Source of the DNA: Chiloscyllium plagiosum
Taxonomy: Eukaryota
NCBI RefSeq assembly: GCF_004010195.1
Contig: NC_057718.1
Coordinates: 26,477,688 to 26,541,687, forward strand
DNA length: 64,000 nucleotides
Reading direction: 5' to 3'
In this document: piece by piece, positions 36,969 to 48,699 of the stretch
How positions within the stretch are numbered: position 1 is the first letter of the stretch
How the letters are laid out: the number at the start of each line of letters is the position of its first letter
Position numbers and translations under genes: made by a program
The notes under the pieces: model-generated
What the model was told of the DNA's origin: nothing
Seen by the model: only the letters and a program-made list of their open reading frames with translations
Database searches by the model: none

Positions 36969-39811
36969 TAAATGTGAGGTGATGCTCTATGGGAAGAATA
37001 ACAGGAAGGCAGAGTACTCGGTCAATGGGAAGATTCTTGGTAGTGTGGTGTGCAGACGGATCTCTACATGTGCTCATCCATGTGCTTATCCAAGATTTAA
37101 ATCTCCCTAATGTGGCTGAGTTGACTATGTTGGCAGGTAGGACATTCCATGTCCTTTCCACTCTCTGAGTAAAGAACCTGCCTCTGACATCTGTCTTAAA
37201 TCTATCATCCCTCAATTTGTAGTTATGCCCCCTTATACAAACTGTCCATGTACATAGATCCCTGAAAGTTGCCACCCAGGTTGACAATGCTGTTAAGAAG
37301 GCATACGGTGTGTTAGGTTTCATTCATAGAGGGATTGAGTTCCGGAACCGCAATATCATGCTACAACTATATAAAACGCTAGTGCAGCCACATTTGGAAT
37401 ATTGTGTATAGTTCTGGTCCCCATATTTCGGGAAGGATGTGCAAGCATTGAAAGAGGTGCAGAGGAGATTTACCAGGATGTTGCCTGGTCTGGAGAGAAG
37501 GTCTTATGAGGAAAGGCTGAGAGACTTGGGTCTGTTCTTACTGGAAAGAAGAAGGCTAAGAGGGAATTTGATAGAGACATACAAGATGATCAGAGGATTA
37601 GATAGGGTAGACAGTGAAAGTCTTTTTCCTAGAATGATGACGTCAGCTTGTACGAGAGGGCATAAATACAAATTGAGGGGTGATAGATTTAAGACAGATG
37701 TCAGAGGCAGGTTCTTTACTCAGAGAGTGGGAAGGACATGGAATCCCCTACCTGCCAACGTAGTCAACTCAGCCACATTAGGGAGATTTAAATCTTGGAT
37801 AAGCACATGGATGATGATGGGATAGTGTAGGGAGACGAGCTGAGAATAGTTCACAGGTCGGCACAACATCGAGGGCCGAAGGGCCTGTTCTGTGCTGTAT
37901 TGTACTACTATGTTCTAAAATGTCACGAAAACCTTCTTAAGCAACAGCTGGCCATTCCTTCCGAATTTGGAGATGGCATTGGCTTGGATGGCAAGCTCAG
38001 ATTAGACTGCCAGGGTCTGGTGACATAGCCTCACCTACCAGTCCTCCAGGAAGCACACAAAGGCAAGGCAGGGATGAGTGAGTGCTAGGACAGTAAGTGA
38101 ACAGGCCAGAGATACGGCCTTATCCATTCCATGAACTAGGAGCACACAGCATCCTTGCTATAGCATTAGAAGGACAGTTGCAGGTTTAGCCTGAGGTGCA
38201 GCATTGAAATACAAAAGCTTGCTCTAAGGGTCTCAGAGATGTGCCAGGATGGTTCTTAGTGGCTAATAGTGTTGAATGTGATTATCTGTGGATGTGGGAT
38301 GCATGTGGTCCCTGCCCATGGAGCATGCCTTGAGATATTGGTGTCCAGTGCCCAAACAGGGCGTTCTTTGGAGCAACCAGTGAGCTGAAGTCATCAGGTA
38401 TCCGATCTGACTTCCATGTTGAGAATCCTCAAGGGCTATTTTGCTTGCGGCGGATGGTAGACTGGGAAGCTGCAAGGTGAGATCTGCAGTTACTAAGGTA
38501 ATTAATAAGCAATAATCCCCCTTAATAGGAAATTGGCTGCTCCTTGTGAGAAGCTTGCCTCAACACATACTTAAAAGACATAGCAGGTTGCTCTTGACAT
38601 CGAGATCAGCCTCACCGGACTTCTCACAAGATTCTGCCACAGTTCTTGCGATGGCCCGCATAATTCAGGCCAATATTAGAATCGCACAATGAGACTTACG
38701 AAATGAATGAAAGTCACATGGCTTCTTTTGGGGATTCATTTGCAACCAAAAGCGTACAATTAGGTTATGCTATCTTAAACTTCACTTTACAGAAGGCCTT
38801 TAAATCATTCAAGGATTCCAGGACTGTCCATCCACACCTCGATAGGTTGAACACTCACAAATGTCTCTATTGTGGAATCTCTCTCATTGAGACCAAGAAG
38901 TCTATCAAAACTACTTAAATTAGTTGGAGGTTAAGCTATGATCAGAGATGAAAATCATGAAACTTCAGTTCCATCAGGGTAGCTGGGATTATGGGAAACT
39001 GAAAAATCTAGGTTCCAATACTGCCACCATAGACAGTTAGCTAATTAATAAGGTGCTATGTATCCTACTGTCAGTAAAGAGCTCCACCCAGTGGGATGAT
39101 TGTTGGCTCTTGTATCTTCCACACCTTTCCATCTTGTCAGTAAAATTAAAACAGACATGCATAACTTGCATGGATCACACTCAACATCAGGGAAGGATTG
39201 CAGATGATATTGTAACTCTCCATTAAGATGATCATGCCAGTATCTGAATCCACTTGTTTCACAGGCAGCCACAGTTTAATGTAAATTAAACAAAAGAAAG
39301 CTGTTCCACTGTCAACAATTTCTTGCAAACAAGTTGGGATTATGTTAGAATTAACAAGGTTTAAAAGACGCTGTTAAGTGGCAATGTGCCACTGTCCCCA
39401 AGGCAATAATTCTAGTAGCTTTTAACACTGGAGAATGTCACAGATGAGAGACATGCAAATGGCAGCTAATTCTGCTTCACAACAGCTCAGATAGTCACTT
39501 TAGTCACTCATTTTCCAGTACACTCAAGAATTGATCTCTGAAAATAAAAACAAAAAATCTGCAGATTCTCGGCAGCTCAGTGATGGATCTGATAAAGAGT
39601 CATTGACCTGAAAAGTTAACTCCTATTTTTACTTCACAGATGCAGACTGACCTACTGAATGATTTTGTGGTTGTCTGTTTTTATTTCAGTTTTTTAGTAC
39701 ATTTCCAATGTCGGATGATGTCCTTACACTGTGACACAATGTCCTTTAGAGAAATGTATGGTAAATACATTTGGTAAAGGTCACTTTCTCCGATCTTTTC
39801 TGTTTTTATAG

Positions 39812-39876
39812 ACTTTGCCTGAGGTGTGTTCGGAACAGGACGAGTTGGATTTCTTGATGGAGGCCCTGATAATTAG
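39812..39876 (+). CDS. ALK: ALK exon 22 equivalent, alphaC helix: [22 protein letters not shown]
   Basis: Matches the human peptide. Polypyrimidine tract and TAG acceptor, GTAAGA donor, 65 bp. Confidence 0.98.
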
Positions 39877-40527
39877 GTAAGAACATTTTAACAAATTATC
39901 AGAGGAAACAGTAAGATTCCTTGCCGAGCAGCATTAGAAGAAATAACTTTCCATTGTATTTCCCTCTTTTCTCTTCTCATCCCTTTCTTCTCAACCCAAT
40001 CCCAGCACAAAACCATGATCAATACCACTCAAGTACTTCTTCCCCCTTAGTGAACAGGATGATCCGTGATGTTAGCAGTTCTAAGAGGTTACTGCTTCAG
40101 AGCTAACACACTTTAAATAGCTTGCAAAGAAGTCCCTTCTTGAAGGTAGTTGTGTTAAGGTGGATAAATTCAAGCCCACCAATCCTTACAGCTTTGAATG
40201 TCATTTTGAGGCTTCAACAGATCTAGGCTGCCGGCCACCAAAAGGTATATTTAAGAAGAAATGAAAAATTCTGTAAGGGCTTGAGGAACAGGGCAGGGTC
40301 TCCCTGTGTTCAAGTTCAGGGCCATCCCCTGGTGAAACTGTATCCCTCTTACCCACTCTGAGCCTCAAGGGGGACTGGTTGCAGTCCCAGTAGTCACCAC
40401 GCAATCCCAGTGGTGCTGCTGAGACTGGTCATCTGTTGTCCATCTGTTCTTGATGGTGGGATAATCTCCCAGACAGGAACAGAGCAATCTTTTCTGATTC
40501 AGGTTTGGGCTGATATGTGACAAGTAA

Positions 40528-40662
40528 CTAGGAGAAAGTGAGGACTGCAGATGCTGGAGATCAGATTCTAGAGTGTGGTTGTGGAAAAGCACAGCAGGTC
40601 AGTCAGCATCCGAGGAGCAGGAGAATCAATGTTTCGGGCTCAAGCCCTTCATCTGTTTCGAC
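40528..40662 (-). mobile_element. Penelope terminal fragment with a 13-bp duplication ATGTGACAAGTAA, inside a LINE fragment (40430-40890)
   Basis: Duplication at 40515-40527 and 40663-40675. Hammerhead-like GGGC(TTGA)GCCC-GAAA on the minus strand. Confidence 0.85.
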
Positions 40663-41631
40663 ATGTGACAAGTAATGTTCATTTCATACAGTGAAAGGCA
40701 ATGACCATCTCCAATCAAAGAGAATCTAGCCATCTCCCCTTGATATTCAACAGCATTGCTAATGTTGAATCCCCCCAACAATCAATATCATAGGGGTTAA
40801 CATTGACAGAAACTGGACCAGCCACATAAACACTGAGGCTATAAGAACAGGTTAGACAAGACAGGAGGTTTTGCAAGTGGCTACAAAATTGTTGATTGCA
40901 TTCAACATTTAGTCCATGGACTGAGTACACAGTTGTGCTGAATCTCAAATTTGGCCATCTATAAAGTTCTATGGGTTACCTGCAGCAGCAGACTGTAATC
41001 AACCACAACCTGGAACCTGATGGCTTGGCACATACCCCTCTCTTCCATTGCACCACGCTAGGGAATCGAACCTGATTGCAGGAAGGGCTGCCAGGAGCAG
41101 CACCAGGTATACCTAAAAATGCGGTCTCAACCCAGTGAAATTACAACTCAGGATTCATTACAACTTGTGTGTTGAGCCCATGGTGGATTTGCTATGGGAA
41201 ATGTAAGGTAACAGGGTTAGGATAGGGGGCTGGGTCTGGGTGGGATACATTTTGGAGGGTTGGTGCAAACCCACTGGACGAAACAGCCACTTTGCACACT
41301 GCAGGAATTCTTTGACTCAATATGAGTAAGACGGAGACAGCATTCAGTTTGGGCTGATTAGTAACAGCTAATAGAAACAGCAATCTCTTCAAATAACCCC
41401 AGCCCCAAAGCTGGGGGAGAAATGAACACCAGTGCAAAAGGCAAGATCAAATCTCAGCCAGAGGTGGCAAGTAAATAATTTAAGCTTCAAAATTCAAATC
41501 ACACAACAGAACACAATGACCATCTCCAATAAAATGAGACACTAACCACCTTCCCTTGATACTCAATGGTATTACCGTTGCTGAATCTCCCAACTGTCAA
41601 CATCATAGGGGTTACCAGTGACAGAAACTGG

Positions 41632-42577
41632 GAGAAAGTGATGACTGCAGATGCTGGAAGTCAGAGTCAACAAGTGCAGTGCTGGAAAAGCACAGCAGGT
41701 CAGGCAGCATCTGAGGAGCAGGAGAGTTGACATTTCCTCTGGGATGAGGTGGGGGGAGGGGAGATCAAGAAACTGGAGAAATTAACATTGATGCCATGTG
41801 GTCGGAGGGTCCCAAGGCAGAAGATGAAGCGTTCTTCCTCCAGGCATCAGGTGGCTTGGATTTGACAGTGGAAGTGGCCCAGGATTTGCATGTCTTTGGT
41901 GAGGTGGGAGGGGGAGTTAAAGTGTTCGGCCACAGGGCAGTGGGGTTGTTTGGTGCAGCTGTCCCAGAGATATTCTCTGAAATGGATACAGTAGATCCAT
42001 TGCTCCCTATGTGGCCTCCTCTACATTAGGGAGGCAGGATGACAACTTGCTGAACTTTACAGAGAACATCTCCGGGACACACGCACCAAACAATCTCACC
42101 GCCCTGTGGCCGACCACTTCAGCTCCACCTCCCACTCCGCCAAAGACATGCAAGTCCTGGGCATCCTCCACTGCTAAATCCTAGCCACCCAACGACTGGA
42201 AGAAGAATGCCTAATCTGCCACCTTGGGACCCTCCAACCACAAGGGATCAGCATCGATTTCACCAGTTTCCTCATCTCCCCTCTCCCTACCTCATCCCAG
42301 ATCCAACCCTCTAACTCAGCGCTGCCCTCTTTAACTGTCCAACCTGTCCATTTTCCTTCCCACCTATCCGCTCCACCCTCCATTCCAACCCAGTACCATC
42401 AGACCCCCATCTGCATCTACCTATCACCTTCCAAGCTACCTTGCTCCCAACCCCAATTCCCCTTCTATTTCTCTCTCAGTCCCTTCCCCCTCTCCACATT
42501 CCTGATGAAGGGCTTATGCCCGAAAAGTTGACTCTCCCGCTCCTGCTGTGCTTTTCCAGCACCACACTTTTAGACAT
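41632..42577 (+). mobile_element. Penelope-like element: inverted 5' portion, decayed GIY-YIG endonuclease end and pLTR
   Basis: ~41996-42090 reads IHCSLCGLLYIREAG*QLAELYREHLRD (GIY-YIG-like). 41740-41975 is an inverted copy of ~42055-42300. A 13-bp duplication TGACAGAAACTGG lies at 41619-41631 and 42578-42590. Confidence 0.88.
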
Positions 42578-43199
42578 TGACAGAAACTGGACCAGGCAAA
42601 TAAATACTATGGCTGCAGGAACTGGTTAGACACTGGATATTTTGCAGTGGATAATGCACCTTCTAATTTCCCACAATCTGTTCAAGACACAGGAGTGAGA
42701 CAGAGTAGTCACCATTTGCCTCAGTGAGTGTGGTTTGCAAATATCTGTTTCCATGGATTTTAAAAGTATAAATTTTAATTTTAGGAGCACACATCTAATA
42801 CTTTCAATCTCAAAATTATGTAAAATGGAAATGTGATTGAAATACTGTTGAAGCAATATATTGTGGTAATCAGAATGCAATGCATTTATTTAATAATGTC
42901 AGAGTTAGTAGGGAGAAAACTTCAGAAATGGAGGACTCATCTTTGAGTTTTGCTAAGTCATGTGCTTTACACTTATCTCATTAAAATATCCAAACTATTT
43001 CAGCAGTTCCAGGTGAAATGAAGCTATCAGCAGTTTGTAAATAAAGGAATTCCTTTGTGGGATCTGCAAGGTTGGCAAAAAGGCAGCTAACTCCATTAAC
43101 GATATAAATTGTTCCTGTGAGTTTTAGAATTTAATCGAAGATTTGATTTTGAAGCCAAAAGTTAATTATTATAAATTTCTGTTTGGAGCATACCATATA

Positions 43200-44050
43200 T
43201 ATTGTTCCGCAGGGCTTGGTGTTGGAACACCTTGCTGCTTGTTTTATACATTAACGATTTGGACTTAAATGTGAGGGGCACAATTGAGAAATTTGCAGAT
43301 GACACAAAAAATAACCATGTAGTGGATAGCCAAGGCTGGCTGTAGGCGCCAAAATGATATATATTAGTGAGTGGAGTGGGCAGGAATGTGGCAGGTGGAG
43401 TTCAATTCTAATGAGTGTGAGGTAATGCATTTAGGGAGGTCCAACAGTAAAAGGGAATACAGAACACATAAGAGTATACTAAGAGGGGCAAACGAAGTGA
43501 GAGGGCTTGGCATGCAAGGTAACAGTAGAGACAGCACATATACATAAAAAGGCATATGAATACTCTCCGTCATTGGTAGAGGTATAGAATACAAAAGTAG
43601 GGACATAATGATGAGACAGTAGTAAGGTCACAACTGGAGTATTGTATGCAATTGGTGTATTTGCTCTGGAGCGAGGTGCAGAAAGATTGACTAGAATGTT
43701 ATCAGAGCTGGAGAATTGTAGCTACGAGGAGAGATTGGAGAGGTCTGGGTTGTTTTCCTTGGAATAGAGAAAGCTGAGGGATGACATGACTGAGAGATGC
43801 AAATTGTGAGGGAGAGAGATAAGAGTGGACAAGAGGAAGTTGTTTCCCTTGGCAGAGTTGAAAAACCAGAGGTCATAGCTTCAAGCTAAGTGGCAGAAGA
43901 AAATTATTTTATGCGGAGGGTGGTGGGTGTCTGGAATTCACTGCCAAGTTTGTTGTGGTGGCAGAAACCCTTTGGCCTTTTGGTTAGCATGGACCAGTTT
44001 GGGCCAAAGGGCCAGTCTCCATGCTGTAGGATTCTATGACTCTATAATTC
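43200..44050 (+). mobile_element. Degenerate CR1 3' portion
   Basis: VPQG, YINDLD, KFADDTK and WQVEFN motifs with a (CTCTATGA)-like tail. Confidence 0.85.
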
Positions 44051-44679
44051 TAAAAGTCCAACAAAGCCAGACTAAGTAGTATCGTACCTAAACCTTAATA
44101 CTGTCAAACCCAGAACTGAAATTCATGAAACATGAATGAGTGGTCAAATCGTGGTTAGTTATAAATGATTTTACATATCAAATCAAACACAGTTACAAAA
44201 TCCTTCAAGATTTTGTCTTCCTCTCTAGGATTTTCAACTTTTTTTTTCTAACATTTAGCCTGATCCCCAGCTGACAGCATGCATATCCAACTTTCATTCT
44301 GTAGATACAGTTTTCATCAGAAATGCCATAAATCTACAAGACCTCCTCAACTTTGCTGGCGATTGTCAGGATGGTGTAGATCCACCAATGTTTTCTTTAA
44401 GTAACAGAAATTGCTGTAGCAACTGTGGATTTTCCTATTCTCAGTTTTTTGGATTTGGCATCAATTTTCTTCAGCCAGTATGTACTGCACCATTGCAATC
44501 ACCATCTGAGTCTGATTCTTCTACATCCTTTTGTATGGTTTCAACCAGGGTCAGTCACTGCAGGCATCTCTGTTTCAATCTTATTCTCTTTTAAAAAATG
44601 GAAAGGACACATTCCCTTCTCAATTTCCTATTTCAATGAAAGTCTGCCTCAAAGACAAAAGCTTTGAAACCACAGATTC

Positions 44680-45122
44680 CATCAAGACATTCAAGAAGCT
44701 CAACACCATTCAGGACAAAGCAGTCCATTTGATTTGCCTTAAACAGTCATTTCTTTGATTATTAACACACAGTGACAACTACATGTACCATATAATAGAT
44801 GTCATGCAACAACTCACCTTCAACAGCACTTTCCAGGCCCACAATATCTGATACCTACAGGAACAAATACAATAGGCACATGCAATACCATTATCTGCAA
44901 ATTTTTATCCATGTCACGCATTATCCTGATTTGGAACAATATCACTGTTCCCTTCCTGTCATGGGATCAAAATGCTGGAACTCCCTAAACGGCAGCTGTG
45001 AGTTTATTGCAGCAGTTCAAGAAGGCAACTCACCAGTCATCACATTTTCACAGCAGTCAGGAATGGACAACAAACATTGGCCCTAACAGGGACTCCACAT
45101 CTGATGAAACGATAAAAAAAAC
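44680..45122 (+). mobile_element. 3' fragment of the second LINE family
   Basis: KKLNTIQDKA motif and a tail homologous to the reverse complement of 28755-29200. Confidence 0.65.
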
Positions 45123-45657
45123 TACAAACATGACTGCATCACTCAAATTGTATGTCATTCTGTTTAGTGCCATTATTTGAGGGAATAGCAAACAAATTCA
45201 CTATCAGAGGATCACTTAAGAGCATTACATCTACTGGATTTAGCTTGCCATGCACGTTCCTACTTACTTATGTACTTAACCAGACTGCTTTTGCGATCAC
45301 CAAACATTCTTGGTTTTTCAAAGGTTAAATTTTGCAGCCCTAGCTCCAATACATGCCTCCAAGGTTACATAGAAGTGCTACTTCTAAAATACTAGTTCAA
45401 ATGGATTGGACCCTAAAATGTATGGTATGGGTAGCACAGGAGATGACTGGCCAGCAGAAGTGGCATTTGGTATGTGCAATGCCAGTAGAAATAGGGTTTC
45501 AAGGCTACAGAATTCTCCAGTTCTTGGAAGAGCAGAAATATTCCGCAGCACTGGAATATTTATTACTTTGTTCCATTAATGTTTTGCCAAATTCATCTCT
45601 CACTCAATCTTGTTTGACCCAGAAACCTGGGAATCTCTGCACTTGCAATAAAAATAA

Positions 45658-45966
<309 letters not shown>

Positions 45967-48699
45967 TAAAGAGACCAACATATACATCATGTACACAGAC
46001 CCATTAGGTCTCATTCATTTGTCATGTGCATTGCCTGGACCATTCGAAAAATTGTCCTATTTTAGTGTTCTAGATTCCAGTTCTTCCATTAGATTTGCAA
46101 CTGATCTCATGTTCAGGTTGAATTAGGCCAGAATTGCTGCTGCAGTGATCCCCTTATCCAATCGAAATAGGCTGCCAATACTCAATGTATTCACATCCAG
46201 ATCCCCATTTTTGAGATGCTCATTCATAGATGCAGAAAAGATCCCACTTTAGCCTCAAGTTGTGATCAGTTGCCAGATGACACAGATTAAGTGTCAGCAT
46301 TTAACTTGATGCTTTATTCAGACAGGCTGGCAAAATATCAAGTGTTACTATTTTCTTAATTTCTATAGTTCTAATTGACGATAAACCCGAGGCACTTGGA
46401 AATGAAAAACCATGGATTAAAGGTTAATGTGTTAATGCAGGCACTGACGTTTGAAGTATAACTAGCACTTGTTACAATGTATTGGTTGTCAGTTTTTGTA
46501 TCACTGATTGAAACTGGGTGACAGAACGTTATACTGGATCTGTGCTACATTGTATCAACAGCCTAGAATACTGACATACAAAATATTGAGCAGCAGAATA
46601 ATGAAATGTTTCATTTATAATTAGGCTTGTATCATTATTGTCTGTCTAAACTGACACAAAAAATCATCTAAACGCAAAGTTTAACTTTAGGCAATTCATT
46701 CTCTCACTTGGCAAAGTTAACAAGTAGCTGCTTATATAATTAACATTTCCCTCTTCTCAGTAAACTTATTTGACAATTGGGGATAATCAGAGATGAAAAT
46801 AAACCAATGGTTTTCTCATTTTACTCCGAACTCTTACTTCTTACTGAATGTCACTTGTGTTAACCCCTGTCTCCCCAGTCCCGACATACCAGATGCTGTC
46901 TCATTCTGTCGTACATGTAAACACTCTTATTTTGCCACACAGAAGAGGAAGTAGAGCGCTCAGACTTACTACCCATTTTCACCAACTGTCCATCTACCAC
47001 TTGCCATTGACATTAGAATTCAGAAATGTGGTCAAGGGCTTTACAGAAACAGCTAAGAGCCTCACTTGGACAAAGCAAAGTGGGGTCTTATGATGTCAAT
47101 AGGATCCAGATACAATTTTCATAATTTTAAGTGGTAATTGGTGTAAAGCGGTAATAATCATGTTCTTTAAACTGCAACCTCTCACAGAATGCAATTGATC
47201 ACATCAAATCTGGTCTTTTTTCTTCCATTTAATCTTTATGTCTCTCTGTCTCCCTCACACACATACACGAAGAGGACCATCACCACAGGAATGCAGGAAA
47301 CTACTTGAGAACGGGACAATTTTGGGCTCATTCATTTAGTGAAATGTCTTTTCCTGATGTTTGGGCCATTGGTAAATCCACTTACTGATGCTCTCTTTCA
47401 GTATAGGAATGAGGCTGAGAGATGGCAACAGTTCACAGGGCATAGAGGCAAAGTTCAGAATCATAGAATTGTTAAAGTACAGATTAAGGCCATTCAAATT
47501 GTAGTGTCTACATGTGCTGCCTACATAAGAAATTCACATTGTACCATTTTGCCACATTTTCCTTGGAGCACTGCACATTCTTCCTTTTAAAATCAGTCAG
47601 GGCAGGTGATTTAAACTCAGTATTTAGCAGGTGAAAGAGATTCTTTGGGACATTCGTTGATAGAAAGGTGACTGCAATTGAGCAAACTAACAGAAAGGAA
47701 CATGTTGATGAATAGTGCCTACAGCCTTGCTAATGGCTCTGAAATTGTTGGAATGGCATATCTCACTGTGTTGTAAAGGCGACATTTTGTGTGTAATTCA
47801 CTTCAATCCATAATAAAGAAAATCAGACTGAGATATTTGGAAACTTCATCAGGGTTTATTCTTGCTAATGCTTTCTATGGGAGAAATGGACCTTTCCTGA
47901 TCTGTTAGAAGACATTAAGCTTTGGACCCAAAACATTAACTCTGCTTTCTCTCCACAGATGCTGCCAGACTAGCTGAATTGTACCAGTAATTTCTGTTTT
48001 TGTTTCATTAATTTTTATACCAGCTTTACATAGTCACTACTTTATTTAAATGCTAATAGTAAATCTAATGGAGTGCTGTAAATCAAAAAGCGCTCTGTCG
48101 CAGTCAATAATAATATTGTATCATTTCCTGCCCATCATTTCCTGTTATTTTTATGCAAGAAACATGATAAACCTGTGCAATCACTGTTGTTATCCCAGCC
48201 ATCTCTGGCACAGCTGAGATCAACAGAAAGGAAATTCATGCAGAACACCTATCAAGCAATAATTCATTTCCACGAATCTTGCATCTCTGCCAAAGATGTA
48301 TTTCACCCTGATAATTAGAATATTTTTGTAGAATGCATCTTGTTCTACAATGGAACTCCAAAGACATCCTGGATGATCAAGAAAAGAACAAGAAGCAGTA
48401 GAACACAGGAACAGGCCCTTCGGCCCACCAAGCCAGCGCCAACACACATCTTTCTAAACTAAAAACTTCTGGCCTCTACACGATCCACATCCCTGTACTC
48501 CCAGCCTATTCATGTATCTGTCAAGATGCCTTTTAAACTTTACAATTGTATCTGTCTCTCCCACCTCCTGTGCAGCACATTCCAGACACAGTGTCCAAGA
48601 AATGCTTGAGCTCAAATCTCGGAGCTTGAGGAGGGATTGGAGTCATTGCAATGCATCTGCAAATCCAAGATCATCTCAAATATACAATTCAGCATGCGC

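Larger units (their letters stand above)
34385..37917 (+). mobile_element. Long CR1 LINE ORF2 (endonuclease plus RT), frameshifted, with two nested SINEs and an inverted self-copy
   Basis: [58 protein letters not shown] and RFTRMLPGL in order, ending in a CR1 tail at 37860-37917. Confidence 0.95.
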
